From Octopus sinensis (taxonomy: Eukaryota): 64,000 bases of DNA. Below the pieces are notes generated by a model. That model saw only the letters and a list, made by a program, of their open reading frames with translations, was not told where the DNA came from and ran no database searches. Where the stretch lies: positions 58,156,001-58,220,000 of the forward strand of contig NC_043008.1 of NCBI RefSeq assembly GCF_006345805.1, written 5' to 3'. The position numbers and the translations under genes were made by a program. Each line of letters starts with the position of its first letter. Position 1 is the stretch's first letter. This document shows, in pieces, positions 41,915 to 56,240 of this stretch.

Positions 41915-42275
41915 TCCAAATTTTGGCACATGGCCACCAGTTTCGTGTGGGGCAGAGTGGGGCGGTGTAACTCGATTAAATCGACCCCGGTCCTCAACTA
42001 GTACTTAATTTATCGACTTAGAAAGGGTGAAAGGCAAAGTCATATGTATTTACTGCCCACAAGGGGCTACGCACAGAGGGGACAAACAAGGACAGGCAAA
42101 CGGATCAAGTCGATTATATCGACCCCAGTGCGTAACTGGTACTTATTTAATCGACCCCGAAAGGATGAAAGGCAAAGTCAACTTTAGTGGAAATTGAATT
42201 CAGAACATGAAGACGGACGAAATGGCGCTAAGCATTTCGTCTGGCATACTGATGAGTCTACCACCACACCGCCTC
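41915..42275 (-). mobile_element. SINE family A composite (young unit plus old tail)
   Basis: Core repeated twice. Confidence 0.8.
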
Positions 42276-42532
42276 AGCAGCAGCAGCAGCAGCAGCAGTA
42301 GTAAATATCATCAGTACAAGCAGCAGGTGTATTGTTGTAATCTTGATATTTATCATTATTTTTTTCTTAACGTTGTTGTTGGTTTTTCTCATCCTTTTAT
42401 TCCGCCCGCCACCGATTCATATCTGCTATTTTCGTTTGTATTTCACTTTTGTATTGTCCCCATCGTCCCCACTTTTGTACTGCCCCCTTCTGCCCAATAA
42501 AAGAAGTTATCATCACCATCATCATCATCTTA

Positions 42533-42832
42533 AGATCGCGAGGATGTGTGTTCGATTCCCGGACCGGGCTGCGTGTTGTGTTCTTGAGCAAGACACTTTA
42601 TTTCACGTTGCTCCAGTTCACTCAGCTGTAGAAATGAGTTGCGACGTCACAGGTGCCAAGCTGTATCGGCCTTTGCCTCTCCCATGGATAACATCAGTGG
42701 CATGGAGAGGGGAGTCTGGTATGCATGGGCGACTGCTGGTCTTCCACAAACAACCTTGCCTGGACTTTTGCCTGGGAGGGTAACTTTCTAGGTGCAATCC
42801 CATGGTCAGTGTCGTGACCGAAGGGGGGTCTT
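42533..42832 (+). mobile_element. SINE family C
   Basis: GTTCGATTCCC B box, central domain and C tail. Confidence 0.88.
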
Positions 42833-43138
42833 GATCGATATATATACATATATACACATACATGGTGGACTCTCCTGTCGTAAACGATAGATGGAAGTTC
42901 GATAACTTTTTGCTGTACTCCCAGTTCAATATGATTCGTTTATAGCGATCGACTATTTGTGTGGTACATGATCTCACACCTTCCATCAAATTGACATTGT
43001 ACACATCAGGTGTGGAAGTGAACAACGTGAAAGGAAAGGTTTTGCTAAAGAATATATCGCACCACCCGCTCCGGGAATCGAAACCACGACCGTGCAACCG
43101 TGATTGGAACGCCTTAATCATTAGGCTACGCACCTTCA

Positions 43139-43178
<40 letters not shown>

Positions 43179-43816
43179 TATGCATACACACATTCATACA
43201 CGCATACATATATGCTTATATGTGTATATACTTGTATAAGCGATACATATGCGTAACATAAATTAATAAATGAAGGCCTTCAGAGTGCTTTGATTTCTGC
43301 GAATTGTCCTATTATAATCGAGTTGATTTTTATCCCTTAGTATATAAATATCTTTCATATCAGTTCAGCATTGCATAAAAGCCATAAACATTTTCCGTTC
43401 TTATAAACAATGCAAGTATTCACAGCTTATTTTGATTGCTTCACGAGTTATTTAGCAAAAAATTGTTGTAATCTATAGAAAGTCGGTGAGAAGTTAGATG
43501 GGTTCAACTATTTCTACGGAAATATTAAATTAATAAAATGTATGGAGTAATTTTTTTTGTCTACGCCGTATCTTTTCTTTACATTATACAATATCAATTC
43601 CTTTTGCTTCTGACGATTTAAAATAGTTAATAGCTCCACAGCAGAAACTGCAATTCGTTCTGAAAGAAAACGATCAAAGTGTAACTTGTAACGGATCATC
43701 TGTTTCAATAATAATTTTTGCTGACAGGGAATAGGAAATTGCAGGATAATCTCGTTTAATATTATAATAATGATAACAACAACAACAACAACAACAACAA
43801 TAATAATAATAATAAT

Positions 43817-45865
43817 GAATTGTTTGCAGAATAATTTAATGCATTGACCGATGGAGAAGAAGAAATCCCGGGGTGGTTGACCAAAGGACGAAAGGTGTTG
43901 TGCTTGAAGGATGTATCGAAAAGAAATGCCGCTGATAATTACAGGCCAATTCCTTGCCTTCCATTAATGTAGAAGTTGCTGTCAGCAGGGATTGCAGAAG
44001 AAATGTACAAAGTTCTCGATGATAACAACATTTTACCGATGGAACAAAAAGATTGCAGGAGGAGATGCAGAGATGCCAAAGACCAATTATTGATAGACAA
44101 AATGGTTATGAAAGATTGTAAGCAAAGGAGGGCAAATTTGGGAATGGCCTGGATTGATTACCGCAAAGCTTACGGTATGGTCCCACATTCATGGATCATT
44201 GGCTGCTAAGATTTATTTGGAATTGCAAGGAATGCAACGTTTTATGAAGAGAAGGATGGTGGGTTGGAAAACTGAGTTGACATCGTACAGACAAAGATTG
44301 GGCTTTCTGGGCAGAGGAGAGGGATTTTTCAAGGAAATAGCTTACCTCCGTTGCTTTTGTCCTTTGCATGGTCCCTTTGATTTTGGTACCGAGGAAAGTG
44401 AATCTGGGATATTAGTTAAAGAGAAAAGTTTAAAAAATCAGCCACCTCTTCATGGTTGATTTGAAGCCGGATGGCAAGGATGAGGCATAAGTAAGTTCTT
44501 TGGAGAACACGGTTCACTGTTTCAGTGCTGGTATCAAGATGGAATTCGGAACTCAAGAAGTGTGGTGTGATGAGCCTGGCAGGGATAGAATTGCCAAATA
44601 GAGAAGTGAAGAGACAAATTGAAAAGGAAGGCTATAAATACCTTGGCATACTAGAGTTCAACGAAATCTTGGAGAAGGAAATTAAAGAACAGCTGAGGAA
44701 AGAATATTTCGGAAGATTTAGATTGGCATTTCGCTCAAAATTGACTGGATGGAATAAAATCCAAGCTGTAAATAGATGGACGGTAGCATCACTTCGGTAT
44801 GGAGTTGGAATCATAAGCTAGCAAAAGAAAGAACTGATGAGCATGGATGCAGAGACTCATTCCATCCCTAGAGGTTGTACTTGTCCAGAAGAAAGGGTAG
44901 GAGAGGTTTGGTCAGTTGACTGGATTGCGTTGAAGTAGAAGAAAACATCTTAGGGTGGTATGTACAAAATACCGTGGAACCATTGCTGAAACATGTGAAG
45001 TCCGCCATCATCAAAATTGATAAATGAGCAAAGAAAGAAAAACACGAAAAAAGAAATAGCATGAAGAAAAAATATAGGGTTACTTTGCAAGAGATACGAA
45101 CGCCAAGACACATACTGAAGACCTGTGGTTATGGATGTGGAAGAGGGACCTGAAGATACAGAAGCACATATATATGTGCAGCACAAGTACAAGCGCGAAG
45201 GACGAACTATGTGAAAGAATTGACAACGCAACTGAGAGCGACAAATGCAGAATGTATGGTGAGACGGGTGAAACGGTATGGCACATTGTTAATGAATGCC
45301 TGAAATCAGCACAACGTGAATACAAAAGACATGACAATGCGGTAAGAACGATTCATTGGGAGATCTGTGGAAATTACGACCTATAAAGAGCAAGAACGTG
45401 GTATGACAAAATCCCAGAAGGAGTTACTGAGAATGAAATTCTGTGGGATGCAATGAATCAGCGCGACCATCAGATCAGATATCGGAAGCCTGACATTTTT
45501 GTGGTGGGCTAAAAAGAAAAACCTTACATGATAATCGATACAGCATGCCCCGGTGACAAGAGGATCAAAGAGAAAGAAGAAGAAAAAAAGGAACAATTAC
45601 AATGATTTAAGATAGGAATACGTAGGCTGTGGGCAATGAAGAGAGTGGACGTGATAACAATAGTAATTAGCGCGTTTTGAAGAATCAGTACTCAACTACC
45701 GACATGGCTCAAAAAGATTGGTACAAATGTAAAGATAGAGCACCTACAGAAATCAGCATTGCTTAGAACTGAGAAAATTCCCCGCAGAGTTCTAGAAAAT
45801 GTCACCTTAGTCTATGGACAGCTGACACTTTCTACTATACCCAACAAAATAAGCTGACGGTTTTC
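43817..45865 (+). mobile_element. R4/Dong-like RLE retrotransposon, 5'-truncated, copy 1
   Basis: [36 protein letters not shown], zinc knuckle relic CRMYGETGETVWHIVNEC, RLE KPDI..IIDTACPGD. (TAA)n on both sides. Confidence 0.88.
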
Positions 45866-45901
45866 GTCAAATGTTAATAATAATAATAATAATAATAATA
45901 A

Positions 45902-45934
<33 letters not shown>

Positions 45935-45935
45935 T

Positions 45936-46277
45936 AGGGAGCCGGACATAGTCTTAATTGAGAAAGAAAACAAACTATGCTGGATCATAGATATGGCATG
46001 CCCAGCTGACAACAAGGTATGCGATAAGGAAGAAAGAAAAGTCGAGAGATATGATAGGTTAGCTTGGGAAGTTAAGCAGTTGTGGTCGATGAAAAAGGTA
46101 GCAGTAGTACCAATAATTGTCGGAGCCCTGGGACAAGTTAGCAAAAATCTCGAGAAGTACGTGGAACAAATAGGGGCTGCAATAAGGTTGGATCACTTGT
46201 AGAAAACAGCACTACTTGGAACCGCTAGAATACTTCGGAAGGTGCTCTAAGACCTGTTACCTTAGTTCACTGGTAGT
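45936..46277 (+). mobile_element. R4/Dong-like 3' fragment, copy 2
   Basis: PDIVLIEKENKLCWIIDMACPADNKV..KVERY..VVPIIVGALG..TALLGTARILRKVL*. Confidence 0.88.
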
Positions 46278-46384
46278 GCATTTTTGCTGTGTATATATTA
46301 TATACGTCGCAAAAATACTCTTCAGTAATTGTAAATAGGATTTGTGCTGAGATCCGGATTAGCAAACGTCGCTTTCTTGTTCCT

Positions 46385-48440
46385 GACAGGTTAGAAGCGT
46401 GACAAAGCGACATTGCTTCCACATCACTGGATATCTTCAAAATTCTCCTGTGATTTCAAGTTTCCTGAAGTACTACATGTCAATGTGGAATACGAATCTC
46501 CAATTATACCACTCTAATGGAGTATTGATCACAAAAAATAATAATATCAACTGCAGCATTTTCCAAGATGACTCACTTTCACCATTAATTTTCTGCATAG
46601 CCCTAATGCCATTTACAAGTAAACTCAACGGAACAGGGTACGGATATAAAATTGGTAACAGGAAAATAACTCATCTGTTTTATATGGATGACTTAAAACT
46701 CTACAGCAAAGGCGATAATGAGCTTGAAAGACTACTACGTGTTGTGAAAGCATTCAGTGATGACCTTGGGATGGAATATGGTTTTGATAAATGTGCCATG
46801 GCCACTTTCTAGAAAGGGAAACTGAAGACCTCACGTTCAGTGGCGTTGGATGTCGACAGTTATAAAAGAACTCGAGCTGGAACAAACTTAGAAACACCTC
46901 GGAATAGATGAGGGCTCTGGCATACAACATGCATGTATGAAAGAGAAGATCAGGAAGGAGTGTTACAGGAGAGTTCGAGCAGTCCTAAAATCCGAGTTAA
47001 ATGCACGTAACAAGGTGTTGGCAATAAATTCCTTAGCAGATCCTGTTGTTATTTATTGTTTCAATGTGTTGAACTGGAATATGAGCGAAATAAGGAAGAC
47101 TGACAGAAAAATCCGTAAGCTGCTGACTTGCAATAAGATGCACCACCCAAAGGCAGACGCAGATCGCCTTTATCCACTCAGAGATCAAGGAGGTCGAGGC
47201 TTGATCCAGTTTGAAATCTCCTACAAAACTACCATAACTGGACTGGCAAAATATCTTGAAACATCTAACAACTGGATGCTAAAGATCGTTGAAAACCATG
47301 AAAGACGTAAGAAGCTTCATTCTATTATGAAGGAGTTTATGCATAATACTCAGGTTGAACAGCATGATGGAAGTGCAGCAAATGTAGTTACAAAGAAAGT
47401 GAAATCAATAGCAAAGCAAAATGCGCTTGAACAATTGGCCGATAGGTGGGACCAAAAACCTGTGCAGGGCAAATATGTGGCCCGTAGCAAACAAGCTAAT
47501 GTAGACCAGAAGCACACCAATCAGTGGTTACAGAGCTCAGGGCTAAAGTCAGTGAGTGAAGGCTTTATCTTGACTGCCTAAGATCAAAGCTTATTGACCC
47601 GGAACTATCAAACCAATGTGATGAAAAATGGTGTAGACCCAAAGTGCCGATACTGCAACGATAAGATAGATACAGTCGACCACCTAATCTTTGGATGTAA
47701 GGTTTTAGCACCTTTAGAGTACAAATCAAGAGACGACAGAGTTGGCTAATATCTACATTGGATAATGTGTCGGCGTTATAAAATCAGAACTGCTAGTAAA
47801 TGGTACAAGTACCACCCTGAGCCTGTAACTGAGGGAGAAAATATAACTATTCTTTGGGACTTCCCAGTCTATACAGATCGGACCATCAAGGCAAATAAAC
47901 CAGATATTACTGTGAAAGATAAAAACAATAATGTTTGTTTATTGATTGACATGAGCATACTCTGTGACCATAATATCTCGGCAAAAGAATTTGATAAGCT
48001 CAGAAAATATAAAGATCTGCTAATCGAAATCGAAAAGATGTGGCATCACAAGACGATTACAATACCATTGATTCGAGGAGCATTTGGAATGATCAAGAAA
48101 GGAACTGAAAATTATTTAAGAATGATCTGTGGCTTACCATGCAGGACGTCCAAAAGATCGTCTTAACTGTTTCGTCACACGTATTGAGAAGAGCATTGTC
48201 GCTGTAAATTTTCTTTCCTTTCCCCGCCTTTATTTTATTTGCTTACTTTTCTGTTTTTTTCCTTTTTCTCTCTTCTCCTTTTTCTCGATCACATGACTCT
48301 GTAAATGAACAATCTGGTGTTTTTATTCTAATGGCCTACTAATGTATATAGTACGTTTCTCTGCTCTAGGTGTCGGGAAGACACTTGGCAAGAAATAGAA
48401 ACAGAATTGAAAGCAGATACTAATGAAAATGACGATAGTA
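46385..48440 (+). mobile_element. R4/Dong-like RLE retrotransposon, copy 3
   Basis: IFQDDSLSPL..HLFYMDDLKLY..GGRGL..CRYCNDKIDTVDHLIFGC..ANKPDI..LLIDMS..KLRKYKDL. 3' UTR ends in (TAA)n. Confidence 0.92.
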
Positions 48441-48454
48441 ATAATAATAATTGA

Positions 48455-50717
48455 AGAAGTAGTGAATGAGAATGAGCCAGATCTAAGATTAACTAGAGTA
48501 TTAATGAGTAAAGTGTTAGGAAAATGCTGAATTGGAAGGGCCCAGGACCAGATTTAGTTCAAGGGTACTGGCTAAAGAAATTCAGTGGTTTACATGGGAG
48601 GCTGAGGGAACAAGTTCAGGATTGCCTTAATGGAGGAATAATACCAGATTCGATGACTAGAGGGAAGACAATACTCATTATGACGGATGAGAGCAAAGGC
48701 AATACAGTTATCAACTACAGACCAATAACTTGCTTACCATCAGTATGAAAATTGTTAACAGGAAAGCTTTTAGAAAGCATTTACGAGGACTTTGACAACC
48801 AGAATTTACTGTCAGAAGAACAGAAAAGTTGTAGGAAGAAGGCTAGACAAACGAATGATCTATTATTCATAGACAAAGCAGTTCCAAATGAATTAAAAGC
48901 TAGAAAGGAAAATCTAACAATAACATAGATAGATTATAGGAAAGACTATGACATGATCCCACGCACTCATAGATAAATGAATGTTTGTGTCCATTAAGTA
49001 TAGCAGACGACATAAGAGAATTAATTAGCTGTAACATGAAGTGGAAAGTAGATCTCACACAGGTGACACACTCTTCGGGAATGTTAATATCAAAAGAGAA
49101 ATTTTCCAGGGGGCCTCGTTATCCCCTTTAATGTTTGTCTTATGTTTGATCCCCCTCAGTTAAGGAAGGAAAAGCCAGGGTATCAGTTCAGAAATAGTAA
49201 TGGAAACATTAATCATTTGCTCTACATTGATGATCTGAAGCTTTTTAGTAAGAATGAAAAAGAGAAAGATTCCTTAATGCAGACTGTGAGACTCTTCAGC
49301 AAAGATATAGGCATGGAATTTGGCATAGATAAGTGTGCAATATTAGTCATGAGAAGGGAACATGTAGTCAACAGTGAAGGCATCCAATTACCAGATGGCC
49401 AAACATTAAACTTATTGAAAGGAGGAGAGAGTCATAAGTATCTAAGAGTATTAGAATTTGACAGTACTAACTACAGAAATGAAAACCAAAATTGAGGAGT
49501 ACATCAGAAGGGTGAGGAAGCTAATGGAGTCAAAACTAAATGGTCCGAATCTAGTGAAAGCTGTAAATGCTTGGGCAGTAACATTACTTAGATCCTCCGC
49601 AGCTTTTGTAGATTGGACAAGAACTGAATTAGCAAAGCTAGACAGAAAAAATAGGAAGGAACTCAATATGAATGGAAGACTCCATCCAAGGGCAGGAATA
49701 CCTACCTAGAAAAGAAGGCGGAAGAGGGTTAATATTAGTAGAGAACTGTGTGGAGTTAGCTAGAGTAGATATAGACTCCTATGTAGGTAATAGTGAAGAA
49801 AGCTTATGAAAATCTGTTAGAGTCACAGTAAGAAATAGGAAAACCGAAAAACCAAAACGAACTTAAAAACCAGAAAAAAGAACAGAAATTATCTGACTGA
49901 CAGAAGAAGGCATTGCATGGTAGATTCCCAAAGATATTTGCAGCAAATAGTAGTAGTGGCTATTGTTGCAGAAAGGAAAGCTGAAGAGGGAGATAGAAAG
50001 TTTGTTAGTAGCTGCACAAGATCAAGCATGAAGGACTAATTGGATAAAAGCCAAGATAGACAAACACCAAGTAAATTCCCACTGTAGATTATGTAAATCA
50101 AAAGAGGAAAACGTTACTCATATTTTAAGTGAATGTAGCATGTTGGCACAGAAAATACAAGAAAAGACATGACAATATAGGGAGAGCAATCCACTGGGAT
50201 CCATGTAGAAAGCTAGGATTTGAACGTACTGATAAATGGTATGAATATGAACCTAGTAAAGTACTAGAAAGTAAGAAATGAAAGATGTTGTGGGACTTTA
50301 ACAGTCAGACTGACAAAGTAATAGAAGTTAGAAGGCCTGATTTAGTAGTGGTAAACAAAGAGAATAGAAAGTGCTAGGTAATTGACTTTACAATCTCAAA
50401 TGATGATAAAAAGTAATATGAAGGTTTAGAAAAAATAGCGAAGTATCAGGACATAGCTATTGAATTACAGAGACTATGGAAAGTGCGGGTAAAATGTATC
50501 TCATTAGTTATAGGTGCATTGGCAACTATCCCTAAAGATCTGAACAGGTGGATAGAGGAAATAGACATAAAACCCAGTTTAGCACAGCTCCAGAAAACAG
50601 TGTTATTAGGGACAGGTAGGATACTTAGGAGGGTTCTTGTCATCTGAAGTTACTTGTTGTAGCCCGATGTTAGGATTCTTTTCTTTTCCAACAGTCTAAT
50701 CTGTTGTGTGCATATGA
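48455..50717 (+). mobile_element. R4/Dong-like RLE retrotransposon, copy 4
   Basis: NWKGPGPDLVQGYWLKKF..NYRPITCL..HLLYIDDLKLF..CRLCKSKEENVTHILSEC..RRPDLVV..LQKTVLLGTGRILRRVL. Confidence 0.92.
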
Positions 50718-50718
50718 A

Positions 50719-50865
<147 letters not shown>

Positions 50866-50904
50866 TATTTATAATATATTTATAATAATAATGATAATAA
50901 TAAA

Positions 50905-51125
50905 AATCGTATTAACTGGAACGGCTCATGTACTGAGAAGAGCACTTTCGCTGCGAAAATGACATCCATCCATGAATTTATTTATTTATTAATTTTTAAA
51001 TACATATGTTATCTGTGAATTTGCGCGTGTAATCTGGGAATGCATACAATGCCCTTCTCTGCCCTAGGTGTATGGAAAACACTCGGCGAGAAACGGAAGA
51101 AAATTTGAAGAAAGAAGGAAAAAAC
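50905..51125 (+). mobile_element. Very short R4/Dong-like 3' end, copy 5 (same family as copy 3)
   Basis: KIVLTGTAHVLRRALSL, and 3' UTR CTCTGCCCTAGGTGTATGGAAAACACTCGGCGAGAAA similar to 48358-48400. (TAA)n on both sides. Confidence 0.8.
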
Positions 51126-51168
<43 letters not shown>

Positions 51169-51182
51169 TGATAATGATGATG

Positions 51183-51240
<58 letters not shown>

Positions 51241-51251
51241 TGATAATGATG

Positions 51252-51306
<55 letters not shown>

Positions 51307-52754
51307 TAATAATAATAATAATAATTGTTATTATTATAACGCTGAAACTTCAATCAAGAAGAGAGAAACACGTACATGACTACTTGGTAAATATCTAAAT
51401 TCTAATGAATGATTTATGTTCCTTGGTTGCTAACCAGTTCTATCTGTATTGCAGAAAAAACACACAAAAATACAGAACAGCATGCACACAATGGCACACA
51501 CACATGCATGTATGCATATATAGATATGCACATATATGCATATTTGAACTCATAGACATATATCTACTTATACATATATATTCATGTATGAAAACGTCTA
51601 TGCATATGATAACATATATGTGTATGTGTGTAAGTGTGTAAGTGTGTGTGTACGAGTGTGTGTATGCGTGTACGTGTGTGTGTATAAGTATGTATGTAAG
51701 TATGTATCTATATAGTTTTATAGAGAGTACATACAAGGAAAGTGCTTATCGCTCCTTTATTACCAAGCTGAAGTTTTCTTACATATTTGTTAAGAATACA
51801 CGTGAACGACCATCCATTAAAAAAATAAACAATATTTTTAAACGAAAAAATAAGTGAAATAAATGTGTTTAAGATATTTACCTTGATATGTAGCTTTCTC
51901 GGTCTCTGATGCAACTGTGATGTCTGTGTCTATAAGAACCAGCATGATGGAAAATCTTAACAACAAGCTCATTTAAGTTATTCCGTAGATACGATACAGA
52001 TTTTCAATAAACGTTTTATTTGAATGTATGTATGCATAAACACATCAATCTATATATATTTATATAACTGCATGTATATTTATGTAAAATATATATTAAT
52101 ATATGATTTTAAGATTGCATGTAACATAATATGTATGCTTGTATATAGATGTGAATGTTCTGGTTTAGTTTTCAAATTTCTCTCCAATAGAGAAAAAGCA
52201 GGTCTTTAAACAAGGGTCCTTCATCAGAATTAACAAAAAACACATCAAATATAATCATGTCTGTCATCTATTATTTTCAGTAATCTGAATTCTTCTTATA
52301 AAGATGGAGTTGGTTTCTTAGAAAGCGAAATGTTTGCGTGTATGCATGAATGTATGTAAATATGACTTTTTCAACCACTTAAATTCTAACATTGGTTTCA
52401 AATTTTGGCACAAGGCCAGTAGTTTCGGAGGAGCGAGTAAGTCGATGACATCGACCCTGGTGATCGGCTGGTATTTATTTTATCGACCCCGGAAAGAAGA
52501 AAGGAGGCTGAAGATGCAATGTTTAAGTTTAGAGTATCTGGCGTTAAATTCTGGGTTAGTTGATGGTAGTGCAGTCCGTTGCTTAGGTGATAAACAGGTA
52601 CTCTAATTGACATGGATGCCCAGTTCGGAGCTGATGCGTACTTTAAATTTTTGGCGGTTTTACGAATCTGGATATGTCACAATACTAACTTACTACTTCT
52701 ACCTGTACAGATCAGGACTAACTCTATTCTCCAGAGATAGATAGATAGATAGAC

Positions 52755-52813
<59 letters not shown>

Positions 52814-53065
52814 CATATATATATATATACATATATATATAATATATATATAATTTACATAGAAGATTAGATGAGGCTTCCATAAAATCAATAAGTACCT
52901 AAAATATACAATGTCATTCAGTACTTTGTCAATCTTATATATTACAGAAAACAGAAAATTATCCACGCTCGCACGTATGTATGTATGTATGTATGTATGT
53001 ATGTATGTATGTATGTATGTATGTATGAATGTATGTATATATTTGTATGTAAATTTTTTTCATAC

Positions 53066-53197
53066 TTACATTAAATTTTCTGAAGAGGCCGTGAGACATT
53101 CTTGTTAATGTCTCATTTATACCTGCTTTATATGGCTAATAGGTTAAATGGGACATACCTGTCTTCACGGCCGAAACAGCTGTCAGCTACAATGTAA
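53066..53197 (+). ncRNA. Type I hammerhead ribozyme candidate with extended multibranched stem II
   Basis: CTGAAGA at 53080-53086; stem II GGCCGTGA/TCACGGCC (53087-53094/53165-53172); GAAA at 53173-53176; palindromic stem III ACAGCTGT; GTC cleavage triplet (after 53184); distal stem I TTACATT/AATGTAA. Confidence 0.72.
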
Positions 53198-53385
53198 ATA
53201 TATTTTCTATTTCTATTTCTATTTCTATGTCTTGTTATATTTGTACTATATTAATGTATAATATCATTGCTGTTGTGTAATGGTTTAATAAAGTATTGAT
53301 TGGGTATTATCTGATGGTTGATGATTGATTTAGGTATGTTTCTCCATTTTCTCATTTTGTATATATATATATATATATGCATATT

Positions 53386-53805
53386 TAGGCGCAGACGTGG
53401 CTATGTAGTAAGAAGCTGGATTCCCAGCCACATGGTTCCAGGTTCACTTCCACTGCGTGGCACCTTGGGCAAGTGTCTTCTGCTATAGCCTCGAGCCTTG
53501 TGAGTGGATTTGGTAGGCGGAAACTGAAAGCCCATCGTATACACACACGCGCACGCGCACACACACACATATGTAAATATATATGTATTTGTGTTTGTGT
53601 GTGTGTCTGTGTTTGTCCTCAGGCTATCGCTTGACAACCGATGTTGGCGTGGTTACGTTACTGAGACTTAGCGGTTCGGCAAAACAATGAAATAGAATAA
53701 GTACTAGGCTTACAAAGATTAAGTCCAGGGATCGATTTCTCCTACTAAAGGCGGTGCTCCACCATGGCCGCAGTGAAATGACTGAAATAAGTAAAAGAAC
53801 AAAAG
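53386..53805 (+). mobile_element. SINE family B
   Basis: As above. Confidence 0.9.
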
Positions 53806-53851
53806 AAAAGAATATATATATATATATATACATATAAAACAAAAACACAGA

Positions 53852-53958
<107 letters not shown>

Positions 53959-53960
53959 TT

Positions 53961-54092
53961 CTTGATCGAAAACCTACGCCAGCCCCCTTTTTTTGTTTCT
54001 TTTGTTTTTTGTTTTTTTCATCCCCCAAAAGAAAAGCTCTACCTTGTAACTTGTCCCATCTGTGTGCAGCCCTGTGTGGCCAATAAAGAAAC

Positions 54093-54170
<78 letters not shown>

Positions 54171-54302
54171 TTCTTGATCGAAAACCTACGCCACCCCCCT
54201 TTTTTTGTTTCTTTTGTTTTTGTTTTTTTCATCCCCCAAAAGAAAAGCTCTACCTTGTAACTTGTCCCATCTGTGTGCAGCCTGTGTGGCCAATAAAGAA
54301 AC

Positions 54303-54303
<1 letters not shown>
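53961..54303 (+). mobile_element. Two tandem Tx1-like 3' ends in (TATC)n (period 212 bp)
   Basis: 53961-54093 and 54173-54303 are near-identical and share the same 5' truncation. Confidence 0.88.
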
Positions 54304-54349
<46 letters not shown>

Positions 54350-54362
54350 CTATCTATCTATC

Positions 54363-54459
<97 letters not shown>

Positions 54460-54460
<1 letters not shown>

Positions 54461-55099
54461 ATGTCGAACAACTGCTGTCACGTGTGGGACGAGTCGGTTT
54501 ATCAGCTGAGTCTATCGTCAATATTGTCACGCCTCCTTCCTTCAAACGGGAAGGAAGAGCTATTTTCATCATCCTTGTGGCTATGGCGAAAGAATGTATC
54601 TGGTGGACGCGTCTGAAAGGATTGGAGACAAACACTTTCCTCTCTGGTCAATCTCTCATCAACTTCTTCAAGTACCACTTGAAAAGGAAAGTGAGAGTAG
54701 AGAGGCAAGTTTTGTCTAGCGAATGTTTTAAAAAAAGATGGGTGAATGTAGCAAGAATGGCACGTATGAATGACGAAGCCACCTTGAGCATAGTCCTATG
54801 AACCCAGAAATCGAAAACAGAGAGTTGCTTATTTGCAAAAAAAAAAAAAAAAAAAAAAAGAAATATAAAATGTGACTTCATTGACCGAGGTTACCGTGGT
54901 CTTTTCCGCAGGCTTTTCTTTCCACGGGTAAACCTCACCTGTCCTCCCCTTTACACTTCATATTGACATTTCTGTGATAACGATCCCTATTGATCATTTT
55001 TTTTTCCTCTCCCCCCCTTTTTTTTTTTTTTTTTTTTAACCCCCCTTTTTTTTGTCCTCTTTCTCTCCTTTTACGATCCTTTTGATCGAACCTCCCCCT

Positions 55100-55133
<34 letters not shown>

Positions 55134-55205
55134 CCTTCAAAAGAAAAGCTCTACCTTGTAATTTGTTCTATCTGTGTGCAGCCCTGTGTGGCTAATAAAG
55201 AAACA
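54460..55205 (+). mobile_element. 5'-truncated Tx1-like L1 (ORF2 C-terminus plus 3' UTR) in (TATC)n
   Basis: Open frame to TGA at 54801: ILVAMAKECIWWTRLKG..LINFFKYHLKRKVRVERQVLSSECFKKRW, resembling L1/Tx1 C-termini. AATAAA then (TATC)n. Confidence 0.78.
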
Positions 55206-55260
<55 letters not shown>

Positions 55261-55266
55261 TTATCC

Positions 55267-55309
<43 letters not shown>

Positions 55310-55322
55310 CATCCATCCATCC

Positions 55323-55369
<47 letters not shown>

Positions 55370-55929
55370 CATCCATCCATCTACTTTTTTCTGTTAGTAT
55401 CTCTCACACACCACATCGATGCAAAAATGTAAAAATAAAACAACAAAAAAAAACGATAAACAAAATCATATCAGAAACAGAATAACAGAAAAAAAAATGA
55501 GGGGGCGGAGGTTAAACACTTAGTTCATTTCCAAGTATCAAAGCCTGGCGTCCAAATGAAGTTAGAGGTTATTAAAACTCAATTTACTTATAAATGATTA
55601 AATTTCATACACAGATGATAATATTTTCGGCTGATCTTTAGAAAGAAGTTAAAAGTAAACAAATAAAGTTTGATATTTGCTTAAATTTTGCTGCAAGCAA
55701 CTATTTCTGATTATCACGCCATTTATGAATTTTACAAACACGTGGTCCCCATTTTCTTTTCGAATTATTTTATTTATTATTTTTATTTTTTTTTCTATTA
55801 AAAACATTTTAATGTTTTCAATATGAATTTGAAGTTGTGCTTATATATATATATTTTTTTTTATTTGAATCTTTATTATTTTTTGCAATTTAATTTTTTT
55901 GCTATTTCTTTTCATAGTTAGAAAACTTG

Positions 55930-55985
55930 ATAATGATGATGATGACGACGATGATGAAAATAATAATAATAACAATGATATAATG

Positions 55986-56043
<58 letters not shown>

Positions 56044-56103
56044 TGATGATGATGATAATAATAACAACAACAACAATAATAATAAAAATAATGATGATAA
56101 TAT

Positions 56104-56158
<55 letters not shown>

Positions 56159-56191
56159 TTAATCATAATAATGATAATAATAATAATAATG

Positions 56192-56228
<37 letters not shown>

Positions 56229-56240
56229 TGACGATGATAA
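55930..56240. repeat. (TAA)n/(GAT)n microsatellite with no insert
   Basis: Direct reading. Confidence 0.95.

Noticed and set aside
46278-46325. Half hammerhead on the minus strand (CTGAAGA plus a 10-bp stem)
   Set aside because: GAAA and stem III are missing, replaced by the R4 copy 2 end; cannot be called.
52150-52230. CTGATGA..GAAA on the minus strand
   Set aside because: No closing G-C stem II and no cleavage triplet.
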